A DNA stretch of 64,000 nucleotides from Octopus vulgaris (lineage: Eukaryota), in assembly GCA_951406725.2 (NCBI GenBank), contig OX597815.1:189720001-189784000 (forward strand), in the 5' to 3' direction. Of the stretch, positions 51,372 to 64,000 are shown piece after piece. Both the position numbers and the translations under genes were made by a program. Each line of letters starts with the position of its first letter. Position 1 is the first letter of the stretch. Under the pieces are notes generated by a model. That model made no database searches, was not told the origin of the DNA, and worked only from the letters and a program-made list of their open reading frames with translations.

Positions 51372-51820
51372 CAAAGCAAAGTTGTGTGTTATAAACAAAT
51401 TATATTACCTGATCTGAATGTTTTTATGTAAACTATTTTCTGACTCATCAGAGAGGATACACAAAGCCTTACAATTTACTTTTGAAAATCTTTTTAAATA
51501 AGTGAAACCGGTTAAGTTAATAAATACTTTTAAAAGACTCCTGCATTTTCAGATATTTTTAACTTACACACACGCACAGACACACTCACATGTATATATA
51601 CGTATGTATGTATTTATGTGTCTGTACTTGTCCTCCCACCATCGCTTGATAATCGATGTTGGTGTGTTTACATCCCCATAACTTAGCAGTTCAGGAAAAG
51701 AGTCTGATTGAATAAATACTAGGCTTACAAAGAATAAGCCCTGGGGGTCAATTTATTCGACAAATGTGGTGCTTTAGCATGGCCACAGTCAAATGACTGA
51801 AGCAAGTAAAAGAATAAGGA
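51139..51820 (+). mobile_element. SINE A with a ~200-bp insert (51371-51566) in its (TA)n
   Basis: A halves separated by foreign sequence. Confidence 0.8.
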
Positions 51821-51837
51821 TATATATACATATATAC

Positions 51838-51875
<38 letters not shown>

Positions 51876-52754
51876 ATATATTCATATATATATGTCTGTA
51901 TGTATGTATGTATGTATATACACACACACACACGCATAAACACATACACAAACACACATACGCATACACATATATAAATAGAGAGAGAGAGAGTGTTTGT
52001 GTGTGAGAGAGAAAAAATAATAAACATCAAGAGCACAATAATAATGTTTTTTTGGGGGACATTGGATCTTGAAGCAGATAAGCTATAAATGATAACATAA
52101 AAATATTAAGTTAAAAAATCCTTTCAGAGAAGTAAAAGTATGATGATGATGATGATGACGACGATGACGATGATGATGATGATGATGATGATTTTGATGC
52201 AAGAAAGAGAAGGAGAGGGAGGAAGTGTAAGAGGAAAAGGGGAGGGGAGGAGGAAGGGTGAAGAAGAAGAAGAAGAAGAAACAATAATGCCTTAAAGTTA
52301 GCATGTGATTTGTTCATAAAATATGCAAACTCAAAAATTTAATTAAGTTATCAGGAAATCTACAATACATAATTCTAAATCATCATAAAAATTTTGGAAG
52401 CTGTTACGTTTTGACAGCTAAAAATTAAAACCCATCATTAGTTTTGTATTGAAAATTTTGGGAAAGATAATTGTTTCCTATCAGCTCTACCATACTTTCA
52501 TACAATTTTTTTTTTGTGCATTGTGAATCTGGATATTTGCCTAGGAAATATCTTGGTACCTTGGTTTATAATTTTCAAGTGGAAGTATTTGCTGATTTTC
52601 ATCAAAGCAGACAGAATCAGGTAGCATGGTGTTCCTTGCCTGTAGGAAGAAAATTGTCATGTTACTGGACAATAATTTGCCATTGTCTGTAACTGAAAAC
52701 AAATGGAGATAAATGCACAGTTTTGTTGTTAATAAATTCCATTATAATTGAATA

Positions 52755-53362
52755 GGCATAAGAGGGGCTGTGTGGTAAGTAGCTTGCTTACGAACTACAT
52801 GGTTCCGGGTTCAGTCCCACTGTGTGGCACCTTGGGCAAGTGTCTTCTACTATAGCCTCGGGCCGACCAAAGTCTTGTGTGGATTTGGGAGATGGAAACT
52901 GAAAGAAGCCCATCGTATATATGTTATATATGTATATATATATGTATATATATATATATATATATATACATATATATATGTATATATAGGGAGAGTTTAT
53001 GAAATAAACAATAGACGAAGACAGGCGGTGTACAAAACAAACAGGAATAGAAAAAGTCTTTTACGTTTCGAGCCAATGCTCTTCTACAGAAAGGGAGACA
53101 GAAAAAAGAAGGAGAAAAAAAAATGTGTGTAGTGGCTAATGATCTATCATGGTGTGTATATGTTTATGTGTCTGTGTTTGTCCCCCCAACAACACTTAAC
53201 AACCAATGCTGAAGTGTTTACATCCCTGTAACTTGGTGGTTTGGCAAAAGAGACTGATAGAATAAGTACTAGACTTACAAAGAATAAGTCCTGGGGTCGA
53301 TATGCTCGACTAAAGGTGGTGCTCCAGCATGGCCACAGTCAAATGACTGAAACAAGTAAGAG
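52755..53362 (+). mobile_element. SINE A with nested family H fragment (52988-53152, -; HHR variant 53058-53093)
   Basis: CTTT CTGTAGA AGAGC ATTG GCTC GAAAC GTA AAAG on minus strand. Confidence 0.8.
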
Positions 53363-54321
53363 AGACCCCCGAAAAGATGGAAAGCAAAGTCGACCTCAGT
53401 GGAATTTGAACTCAGAACGTAATGGTAGACGAAAAACTGCTAAGCATTTCACCTGGCATGCTAATTATTCTGTCAGTTTGCCACCTTCAGTTGGAGTAAT
53501 AAAATTTAGTAGTAATAATAATGATGATAATAATAATAATAATAAATTATTACTCTGGCAATAATGTAAATGTCCGTAAATAATGAAAAAATAATGAAAA
53601 TGACTAAATATTCAAAGAAGTGGTCATTAAATCTTTAAGTAACATTCTATCCTGATTAAAAGGAGATTTTAGTCTGACCCAATTTCTTAAGGAGATATAT
53701 CTTAGAACATTCTCTAGAAATGGTAGGCTTCCATATAAGTGAAATTTTTTATACCACTAAACAGAGGTCTGTTGATATGACTGTCATATTGGCAAAAAGA
53801 GCAATAGAAGTGATTTATGATTCTTCCTCGTCATCAATATTTTTGCTGTTGTTTAACCCCAGGTCAGACCTGAAGGAGCAGAACGTTCTTGAAAATCATT
53901 CAAGTCATGAGTTATTTTGTTTGTCTCTTTTGTTTTGTTATATTGATCTTTTATTTGTTGTAGTCATTAGACTGTGACCATGCTGGTGCACTGCCTTGAA
54001 GAAATTTTAATCAAATGAATCAACTACTCAACTAAAGTACTCTTTTTTTTCTTTTTTTTTCTAACATAGTATTTATTCTTATACCAATTATACGTACATA
54101 TATATGTACGTACATGTCCGTGTATGTAAGTATTCCTATGTTGTATATATATATATATATATATATAAAATAAATATAAGAGAGTGGTCACTATATGGCT
54201 CACTCTAGCACCAGTTAATCCAAAAGGTTTCAACCACAAAAATACATGTTTCCCATGAAAGTCAGTACGATTGTTAGCTCACACGGACAGGGCAAATAAA
54301 AAATAACAAAAATACAGATTA

Positions 54322-54403
54322 TTTTGGGACAATTGTTTCGCTATTAATGAATTAAATGTAATTTTACTTACAAAAAAATCCACTTGTAGCTCGTCAGCCA
54401 AAA
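54322..54403 (-). ncRNA. Hammerhead ribozyme, type I, complete consensus core
   Basis: TTTTGG CTGACGA GCTA [~43 nt] TAGC GAAAC AATT GTC CCAAAA; 6-bp stem I, G-C closed stem II, palindromic stem III, GUC site. Confidence 0.85.
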
Positions 54404-54559
54404 CTATCAGGATGAAATCCACTCAATCACACGCCAGATTTTACCATAACGATAAATACGCGTGTGGTTCAATTGATTACATCCGACGTTATAATTCAAA
54501 TGCCCCAACCAACAGCATTTATAATTATAATAATATATATATATATATATATATATACC

Positions 54560-54760
54560 ACTTCCATCTTTTAGTATCTGACCTCGTCTGTATCACTAGC
54601 GATTTTTTTTCCTCCGTCTTCCCTTCTCGGGATCTTTCCTTCTCCTATGTTTCCGACGAAGAGCTCCACTCGAAATGTCCCTTCTTTCCTGAGCGTCCAA
54701 TAATACTTTATTTCTTCCACATCCTTGCGTTGTTGTCTTTTTGTTTTCTTGTTTGGATTA

Positions 54761-54765
<5 letters not shown>
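54560..54765 (+). mobile_element. Family H fragment in (TA)n with degenerate HHR (54649-54680)
   Basis: GTTTCCGACGAAGAGCTCCACTCGAAATGT; reverse complement of 50842-50978. Confidence 0.7.
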
Positions 54766-54803
<38 letters not shown>

Positions 54804-55569
54804 TTATATAAATAAGGATAAGATCATTATTTAAAATACCAATTATACATACATATATATGTATGTACATGTCCGTGTATGTAAGTATTCCTATGTTGTG
54901 TATACATATATATATATATTTGTACTATTCATGTGTATCCCACTGATGAGGCAGAGTATATTTTTATACAGAATCAGAAATCTGGATCAGGAATTATCCA
55001 ATAATTTTTTGTTAGTTTATTTATCTATTTCTCTTTTCACCTTGTGTTGTATGAACATGAAGTGGTTTTAGACTCAAGTTTTGACTGCTATCTCTAGCAT
55101 GGGGATATCTCTTAGATACCCTTAATTATAATGTACATATATATATATGTTTATGGCAGGCTTCTTTCAGTTTCTGTTTGCTAAATCCACTCATAAGGTT
55201 TTGGTCAGAAGACACTTACCTAAGATGTCCTGCAGTGGGACTGAACCCAGAGCCATGTGGTTAGAAAGCAAGCTTCTTATCACACAGCCATGCCTGCACC
55301 TATATATATATATTCATATACACATATAGACCCACATGCAAAGAGTATTATATTAACAGTGAGAAAGACAGATATCTCATTCTAAATCAAGAACAAAATG
55401 CTAAAAGTTATTTGCTGCTGTTATTAACCATAATCAGCTTTAGGGTTTTAGTGAGAAATGATACCTGGCCACATGGAGATTAACTCTAGAGTACATCAGA
55501 TATTGATATTTTTTTCTGAGTAGAAGACCACCATTTTGTGAAGTGATTTTTCCATTGAAAAATGAATAT

Positions 55570-55984
55570 AGGTGCAGGAGTGGCTGTGTGGTAAGTAGCT
55601 TGCTTACCAATCACATGGTTCCGGGTTCAGTCCCACTGCGTGGCACCTTGGGCAAGTGTCTTCTACTATAGCCTCGGGCTGACCAAAGTGGATTTGGTGG
55701 ACGGAAACTGAAAGAAGCCCGTTGTATATATGTATATGTTCATGTATATATGTTTGTGTATCTGTGTTTGCCCCCCCCCCCCCCCCTCCAACATCGCTTG
55801 ACAACCGATGCTGGTGTGTTTACGTCCCCGTAATTTAGCGGTTCGTCAGAAGAGACCGATAGAATAAGTACTAGGCTTACAAAGAATAAGTCCTGGGGTC
55901 GATTTGCTCGACTAAAAGCGGGGCTCCAGCATGGCCACAGTCAAGCGACCGAGACAAGTAAAAGAGTAAAAGAGTAAAAGAGTA
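55570..55984 (+). mobile_element. SINE family A (CpGs largely retained, probably young)
   Basis: Full match. Confidence 0.92.
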
Positions 55985-56498
55985 TAGAGAAATTGTACCT
56001 GACAAAAATATTGGCTTCAAATTTTGGTAGATGGTGAGAAATTTTGTGGGTGGAGTAAGTTGATTGCACCAGCTCTGGTACTTACTTTATTGACCCCTCT
56101 ATGGATGAAAGCTAAAGTCGACCATGGCAGAATTTGAGCTCAGAATGTAAAGATAGAGTAAACACTTCTTAGCATTTTGCTTGGTGTGTAATGGGTTCTG
56201 CCAGCTTGCTGCTTTATAACAGACAAAATATTAAGATCAGTATAATGAACTGAAATAATTAACTAAAACCCTTAAAGACAGTTCCTCATCAAGGCTTCAG
56301 TAAAAATAAAATAAATAATGAAATTTATAAGTGAAACAAAACTACAAAAGAATATATTTAAATCCATTATTTTTACAGCAAATTAGCTGTCATTTTCAAA
56401 ATCTGTCATAAGACGTATTAAACTTCAAATTTTCATTACATTTGAAAACAAGTAATTACAGAAGTCCTTACAATGCTTTTTATTTTGTTGTCGTAAAA

Positions 56499-56736
56499 AT
56501 ACCTATTTCTTTATTACCCACAAGGGGCTAAACATAGAGGGGACAAACAAGGACAGACATAGGTATTAAGTCGATTACATCGACCCCAGTGCGTAACTGG
56601 TACTTAATTTATCAACCTCGATAGGATGAAAGGCAAAGTCGACCTCGGCGGAATTTAAACTCACAACGTAACGGCAGACGAAATACCACTAAGCCTCTCG
56701 CCCGGTGTGCTAACGTTTCTGCCAGCTCGCCGCCTT
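56499..56736 (-). mobile_element. SINE family B2
   Basis: TSD TAAAAATACCT overlapping the element 3' end; diverged B1 at 56015-56215. Confidence 0.9.
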
Positions 56737-57114
56737 AAAAATACCTGTGACCTTTGCATTATGTTTGTGACTGGGGAAGAAGGAAGGTCTCTTGAAACTG
56801 GGGACCTGGTGTGAATGCTTGCAACAGAGAGGACTTTGCTAAAGGATTAGGGCTAGGGTTAGGGTTGTGATCAAGGTGGTGATGAGAAACCAGGCAGCGG
56901 ATTCCAGTTGACTTAAATGATTAACTTAAATATTTTGATGTAATATATGATAAGTGCAGGTGGCTGTATGGTAAGAAGTTTGCTTCTGAATTACATGGTT
57001 CAAGGTTCAGTCCCATGTGCAGCACCTTGGACAAGTGTTTTCTACTATAGCCTCAGGTCAACCAAAGCTGTGTGATTGAATTTGGGAAATGCATACTGAA
57101 AGAAGCCAAGTGTG

Positions 57115-57328
57115 TACACAAACATGACAGAAGTAAATAGACACCCCATAAAACATTGCTTTATGCTTATTTTAGCTTGGAACGGTTTATATTTTTTATT
57201 AATGGACATTTTTTTATGTTTCAGGCTCTATATATGACTGTTTAATCATGCCACATACGAAAGAAGCCTTGGAACTGTCCGAATTTCAAAGAGGTCATAT
57301 TGCATGTCAATCTGAAGGTGGACTTAGT
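57115..57328 (+). pseudogene. Tc1-like transposon left end with transposase N-terminus, truncated
   Basis: TACAC..GACAGAAGTAAATAGACACC terminus; ORF from 57248 MPHTKEALELSEFQRGHIACQSEGGLS resembles Tc1 MP..KELS.F.RG.I......G.S. Confidence 0.7.
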
Positions 57329-57799
57329 GTAAAATCATGGAAGACCTCAACCACATGGTTTCAGGTTCTGTCCCACTTCATGACATCTTGGGCAGAAGTC
57401 TTCTACAATAGCCCCAGGACACTTAAAGCCATATAGTGGATTCAGAAGTAGAAGTATGGGGTGGGGTGTCATGTGGTGTATCAGTGCCCTGCTGTATCCC
57501 CTATTTGTTGGTGATTCCCTACTACTCCTTGTGGATGACCCCTTTGCACCACTTAGGCGACAACCCTCCAGCCTATGGGTCTGTTTGGGAAGTCATTACT
57601 GATGAGGGCTTTACAAGGTCAGGGTGCACATCCTGCCACAACCTCTCCTAGCTGTCCTTTACAACTCACAGGGGTAACTTTGGGTTTATTCTTTGATATG
57701 CAGGTTCTTACCCGGCATTTTGGTAGATGGAAAATAAAATAGAAGACTGTCGTATCTTTTGGCTTTTATTTCTTTTACTCATTGGTTTTGGCCAGTGCC

Positions 57800-57831
<32 letters not shown>

Positions 57832-57922
57832 GAGAGAGGGAAAGAAAGAGAGAGAGAGAAAGAAAGAGAGAGAGAAAGAGAGGGAGAGAGAAAGAGAGAG
57901 AGGGAGAGAGAGAAAGAAAGAG

Positions 57923-57967
<45 letters not shown>

Positions 57968-58150
57968 CGAAAGAGAGAGAGACGAAAGAGAGAGAGACGA
58001 AAGAGAGAGAGACGAAAGAGAGAGAGAAAGAGAGAGACAAAAGAGAGAGAGATGGACGAAAGAGAGATAGAGAGGAAAGAGAGAGAGAGAAAGAGAGAGA
58101 GGGGGAAAGAGATAGAGAGAGAGAGGGTGAAAGAGAGAGAGAGAGAGAGT
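57800..58150. repeat. (GA)n/(GAAA)n microsatellite
   Basis: Direct reading. Confidence 0.95.
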
Positions 58151-58634
58151 GTGTGTATGTGTGTGTGTTTGAGTCTCCCTGACTTGACATCGTGTGATAG
58201 ATGTAATTGAGTGTCACCTTCATAAAAGTGGTGTCATTCGTTTTCAATCCTCCACAGAAAAGTGTTTGGCCGAGAGAGAACATTACTTAGCTCAGAAACG
58301 GGTAAGACTTGGCAACAGGAAGAAGGTTATCTAGCTGTAGAAAATCTTGCCTCAATGAACTCTCTTTAACCTCCGGTAAGCATGGAAAAGTGAAGGTTAA
58401 TAAAGTGAGTAAGAACGTAGATGTAGAACAAATCTGAGGTGGAGGAAAATGTGCTTCCTTTCGTGATTGAATAGACATTTGTGAAAATATCGAATGAAGT
58501 GTTAATCCTTTACACCTAAATTATCAATGTGCAAAAAACATAAAGAATTATTATTATTTATGGTCATTTCTGCTTACTTGAGGGTAAGGCGTTTTGTTTG
58601 ATGGATAGTATAAAATTTTCTGTTTTTACTGGTG

Positions 58635-58639
58635 CATAC

Positions 58640-58675
<36 letters not shown>

Positions 58676-58799
58676 TCACACACACACACAAACACACACA
58701 CATTCACACATACACATGCGCACACACATATGCACAGAGAAACATACACGCAAATATATATACATATGTATATACATATAAACATATACATATTTATAC

Positions 58800-58834
<35 letters not shown>

Positions 58835-59485
58835 CGGCGGTGAATTAGCATGGCCGCAGCTCTGAGCTGAAACTAGAGAAGAAAAAAAATATATATATAT
58901 ATAGAGAGAGCGGTATAAACATATATATATATACATATATATACATATACACACATACATGTATATATATATTATATATATTATCCATCTGTTGCTATTT
59001 ATTCATGTATATAGATATTCATACATACGTCTGTGTGCTTGTGCGTGTGTGTGTTTGTATGTATGTATGCATGTATATGTATGTATGTATGTGTGTATGT
59101 ACGTATGTATGTACAAATGTATGTATGTATGCATGTATGTATGTATGTATGTATGTATATGTGTATGTATGTATGTATGCATGCTTGTATGTATGTATGT
59201 GTATGTATGTATGTGTGTATGTATATGTATGTACGTATTTATGTATGTATGTATGTACGTACGTACGTATTTATGTATGTATGTATGTATGTATGTATGC
59301 ATTTATTTATGTATGTATGTATTATGTATGTATATGTATGTATGTATGTACACGTGTATGTATGTATGTATGTATGCTTGTATGCATGTATGTATGTGTG
59401 CTTGTATGTATGTATGTATGTGTGTATGTATATGTATGTATTTATGTATGTATGTATGTATGTAAGCATGCATGTATGTATGTGT
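58635..59485. repeat. (CA)n, (TA)n and (TATG)n microsatellites
   Basis: Direct reading. Confidence 0.95.
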
Positions 59486-60671
59486 ATCCACGCAAATTAT
59501 TCAAATGTCAATAATTTGGCAACATCCACCCCAGCTATAATTGCTCGCACGCAACAATATTGTCGAAACATAAGTAACCCTCAGAGTTCATTGAGGCTTT
59601 CTGTGTTTTTGCCGGTTACTTCCCACGGAGGAAATACTTGAAGTGTTATGAATTATCAACAATAGATGTCACGGGGGTTAAATCCCATCACTGTCAAATT
59701 TCCCTGAAAGGAATGGCTGCGAATATAACTGACTCTTCTTCTTGTTGAGATATCTCGAAAAACCATAGAATAAAACATAAAATATTGATTACTATATTCA
59801 GCTTTCTATTAACATCATATTTTAAATTAATGTCTTCCATACATCCTATGTGGTACACGGTTATCACTATAAAGCAGCATCAAATTTTATTAAACATCAG
59901 CATAAAGAATATGAATTCATCCATAAGGATTTCATATCATAATTTGGATCTAAGGATGTTACATATGAATGTGAAGAAATTGATATACTTTGATTTCCTC
60001 ATTAGAGGTATGAAATCACAAAGGAGACGATATCCTCAGTTTTTAATTATACTATTTACAATGTTATAACAACATGCCTTTTATTAATAATTCTGCAAAT
60101 GTAAGAACTGGTAATCTTATTAGCTTCTATGAGATCTTACGCTCGAGTGACCGAATGCAGATTCAGTTATTGATTCAATTAGAGATGCTTCTATTTGATC
60201 TTCCACTACTGTAGGAAATATCTTTTATCGAATGAAGTCTTTCTTATTCCTTTAACTGAAATATAATTTTGATCCCTCGCACTGATAAATTGAATTGATC
60301 ATAGCTAAATGCAAAGTGAAGCTAATATACTAGAATATATCAGCCAGTCTGAAAGCGGGTTCTCCTCTTTGCAAACAAATAGGCACAGACAGGGATTTTA
60401 CTGACCATGAATTCTAAGACATTCCTCTGTTACTCATTGATGTGTGTCTGAAACAAAATAAGAATCTAAAGATGTGACTGACCTATTTTTCGTATTTTTA
60501 AGTACTTTCAGAGGAGAGAAAAAAACACAGGCTTGGATCTTCAATAGACATCAAAGCTCTATTGGATAATACACGCAATTTAATTCCCTCCTAAACACTC
60601 TAGAATCTATTTCTCTACACTTTCTAGATAATGATTTAGTTTGATATATACATATACACACATATATATAC

Positions 60672-60711
<40 letters not shown>

Positions 60712-60796
60712 TGTGTGTGTATGTATATATATTATAGTCATATTTATATATTTATATTCATATATATATATATATGTATATATATCTATATATATC

Positions 60797-60903
60797 TTAG
60801 CCAGCGGGGTGGAGTCATTTGAAGGCTAAAACAATGCGATTGCATTGTGACCAGCGATGTGTAACAACATCTGATGGTCTGGTCGGTCACGTGATCACGT
60901 GAT
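60797..60903 (+). mobile_element. SINE D2 3' fragment in (TA)n
   Basis: Ends GGTCGGTCACGTGATCACGTGA. Confidence 0.85.
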
Positions 60904-61739
60904 ATATATATATATATGAGTCAAATTCCATTCAGAATTTATAAACAAATTCAAGATTCTCAAGATAGAAGCCATTGGCTCAAGGTTCTGTGCAGTGGAA
61001 TCAAACCAGAACTGCATGGTTGGAAAATGAGCTGCTTAACCACACAGCCATAACTTGCGACCACATTTAGCTGAAATAAAAAAAAAATTAGGATCAAACA
61101 AGAAATTACAGACAACTAAAGATTACTTCTTCAAGATTCCAATAAACTGGACCTTTTAAACAGAAAACCTGTTCACTCAAATTTATGCAAATAGAAAATA
61201 AATTCATTTAAATCTAATATCAGTTCAATAGAAATGACTGCTGGCTACTCTATTATCATGTAAATGACTATACCAATCAGTTTGATAGCTTTTGCCTTAG
61301 AATTATCTAATTCTAATCTTGACACTATATCAAACTTAATTGGTTATCTAAATATATTTCAAGTAATCTTATTATCCAGGCAGCATTGTTATTTGAGCAT
61401 TCATAATTTGAGCAGGTCTTCTTGGACTGGTGAGGTCATTGCAGTTGGTGTTCAATTCCAAATTCTACAGTTTAATGTTAGTAGAGAAAGTATGAAGAGA
61501 AAGGAACTCTTAGAAAAGTTTGCACTTTTTGAGAGGAAGCCTTGAGGAAAGCATTTAGTACGGATGCTGGTAGGACACAAATACAGGCACCGTAACAAGG
61601 AGGAGAGGAAAGGCAGAATGAGTAATTTGGTTTGACTATCTTCAGAGAGATAGCAACCACTGCAGTTACCTAAGAAGAGAAGTCAAGCCTGATCAAAACC
61701 ATTCCAGTCAAGACTACTCCATCACTCCATATTTTTCAT

Positions 61740-62130
61740 TATCATCATCATCATCGTTTAAAGTCTGCTTTCCATGCTAGCATGGGTTGGACGATTTGAC
61801 TGAGGACTGGCGATCTAGATGGCTGCACCAAGCTCCAACCGGATTTGGCAAAGTTTCTACAGCTGGATGCCCTTCCTAACGCCAACCACTCTGAGAGTGT
61901 TGTGGGTGATTTTACGTGCCACCAGCACAGGGGCCTGTCAGGCGGTACTGGCAGCAGCCACACTCAAATGGTCCTTTTTATGTGCTACCTGCACAGGAGC
62001 CAGTCCAGTGGCACTGGCAACGACCTCGCTTGAATGTTTTTTCACGTGCCACCAGCACAAGTGCTAGTAAGGCGACGCAGGTAATGATAGTAAGGTGATG
62101 CAGGTAACGATAGTAAGGTGACGCAGGTAA
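61740..62130 (-). mobile_element. Family C
   Basis: Match. Confidence 0.85.
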
Positions 62131-62502
62131 CAATTTTGTGAATCAAAAGTTTTATTGCTCTATTATATTGTTTGTTTCTTAAGATGATAATTTATGATTT
62201 GAGAGCGAGAGATTGACAGAATCAATAAACATGAGACTAAATACTTTGTGATACTCGTTAGAACTATTTTTACATTTGCAAAAAAATTTCAAATCTTGAT
62301 GAAGTTATATTTCGTCATTTCAATGGTACAGAAGTTGATTCAATCAAATCAACTGTCAACCTTGGTAAACATTCAATCGCTCAACAATATACAGGCAGTG
62401 TCGAAATCCTTATTCCACAGTTGGCTTTAAGGCCTAATGAAATGTGAGGTTGGTTGGAAAACACTGCGATTACATCAATATTATCAATATATAAGACACA
62501 AC

Positions 62503-63010
62503 GGAGGTGCGTGGCTTAGTGGTTAGGGTGTTGAACTCATGATTGTAAGGTTGTGGTTTCGATTCCTGGGCCAAATGATGTGTTGTGCTCTTGAGTAAAA
62601 CACTTCATTTCACGTTGCTCCAGTCCACTCAGCTGGCAAAAATGAGTAACTCTGCGATGGACCGGCGTCCCATCCAGGTGGGGAACCTATATGCCAAGGA
62701 AACCGGGAAACCGGCTCTTATGAGCCTGGCATGGCTCGAGAAGGAACATTTAGTGGAGGCACATGGCTTAGTGGTTAGGGTGTTGAGCTCATGATTGTAA
62801 GGTTGTGAGGTTGTTGTTTCGATTCCTGGACCAGGTGATGCGTTGTGTTCTTGAGCAAAACACTTCATTTTCACGTTGCTCCAGTCCACTCAGCTAGCAA
62901 AATTGAGTAATCCTGCGATGGATCCAGGTGGGGAATTTCTACGCCACTGAAACCAGGAAACCGGCCCTTATGAGCCTGGCATGGCTCAAGAACGAACATT
63001 TATTTATTCA
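62503..63010 (+). mobile_element. SINE family F tandem dimer (tRNA head + CORE-like segment + F tail)
   Basis: Two ~250-bp units; one TSD pair ATAAGACACAAC at 62491-62502 and 63011-63022. Confidence 0.9.
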
Positions 63011-63394
63011 ATAAGACACAACACAACCAACACATAAACACACACATATCCCCATCATTCAATCATTTATGTAGAAAATAATATACAGAAGGAAGTCTAT
63101 GGAAGACATAATTGAATCCTGAGGAATACTAGCATTGACATAATATGCATGTAATGAGCATCATTAACATACACTCTATTAGAGCGATCAGAGATTTAAA
63201 AAAATGTCTCAATCATCTTTTATATGCCATGTACATTGTTTACAATCTTTTCTAAAAATGTAGAAACTTTTCAATTCTATCATGACATTTCTGAGCTGAA
63301 TTTTATATTTGCTAACATAGGGAGATGAATCATTGTAAATTTGCTGAATTAGTAAAGGGCAAATATTTTATTTTTTCATAGTTGGAATTTATAG

Positions 63395-63560
63395 GAAATC
63401 AGAAGACAAAGACTGGTGTAGCAACAACAAGCAAGTGTATTAGTTTGATGGTCAGGAAAAATGGAAAAGTCTTTTGTGTTTCGAGCCTACGCTCTTCAAC
63501 AGAAAGGAATAAGAGAAAATAAACAGAGAGAGAATGAAAAAAAAACTTGTAGATTTCAGC
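63395..63560 (-). mobile_element. Family H fragment with degenerate HHR (63471-63506)
   Basis: CTTT CTGTTGA AGAGC GTAG GCTC GAAAC ACA AAAG. Confidence 0.6.
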
Positions 63561-63688
63561 TGTCCAGCACATCTATATTATCCGTTAATTTAAATTTTAG
63601 CATGTTAAAATGCTAAATCATCAAACTAAAACATTTTTGAAAATTACTAATTTTTAATCTCACAACATGAGATATTCAGCAACAGTAC

Positions 63689-63991
63689 TTTGTAGCAAAG
63701 ATTGTTTGCCAACATAACATGGCAGTCCTGGTTTAGGAATAATGTTGCTGTAATTTAGCCCCAGGAGACATCGTCTTCAGCCAGCTATGAAGAGAAATAA
63801 CCCAGAAATTACAATACACAGATATTGTTTTGAGCTGAGTGAGGATACTAGATTCCCTTGTTCAAAAAATGTAAGGACACAGTTCGTGTCATATAGCCAG
63901 CTGGACACGATGTCTCCTGAGCTAAATTACAGCAACATTAGTCCTAAACCAGGACTACCATGTTATGCTGGCAAACAATCTTTACTATAAA
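63689..63991. mobile_element. MITE with ~100-bp TIRs, related to the 48114-48697 element
   Basis: AAAGATTGTTTGCCAACATAACATGG vs CCATGTTATGCTGGCAAACAATCTTT; shares a TGYTRCTGTWATTTAGYCCYAGGARACA motif. Confidence 0.75.
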
Positions 63992-64000
63992 ACATTTTTA

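Noticed and set aside
56845-56868. TTAGGG-like repeats
   Set aside because: Only about three imperfect units
57595-57630. CTGATGAGG in a GC-richer patch
   Set aside because: No GAAA at the required position
57708-59641. ER-rich, LS-rich and YVCM ORFs
   Set aside because: (GA)n and (TATG)n translations
61260-61560. Minus-strand FPQGFL and RLLEIYLDNQL, suggestive of LINE RT
   Set aside because: Too degenerate to call without a profile search

Overview
AT-rich, repeat-saturated eukaryotic DNA with no intact protein-coding gene that I can support. Almost all supplied ORFs are translations of microsatellites or SINEs. The SINE repertoire and microsatellite load resemble an Octopus (cephalopod) genome; this is recognition from memory, not a database result. 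The window holds dozens of SINE copies from about six modular families (my labels A-G), decayed non-LTR retrotransposons (R4/Dong-like, Penelope-like, LINE RT), Tc1/mariner fragments, several MITEs, a non-autonomous Helitron and many simple repeats. The main hidden signal is about 15 minimal type-I hammerhead ribozyme (HHR) motifs (CUGANGA...GAAA...NUH with paired stems) in at least six unrelated repeat contexts. These include a tRNA-headed SINE-like element with an HHR tail, long palindromic elements with an HHR between the arms, and Penelope-like fragments inside (TA)n tracts. Coordinates and pairings were read by eye and may be off by a few bases.
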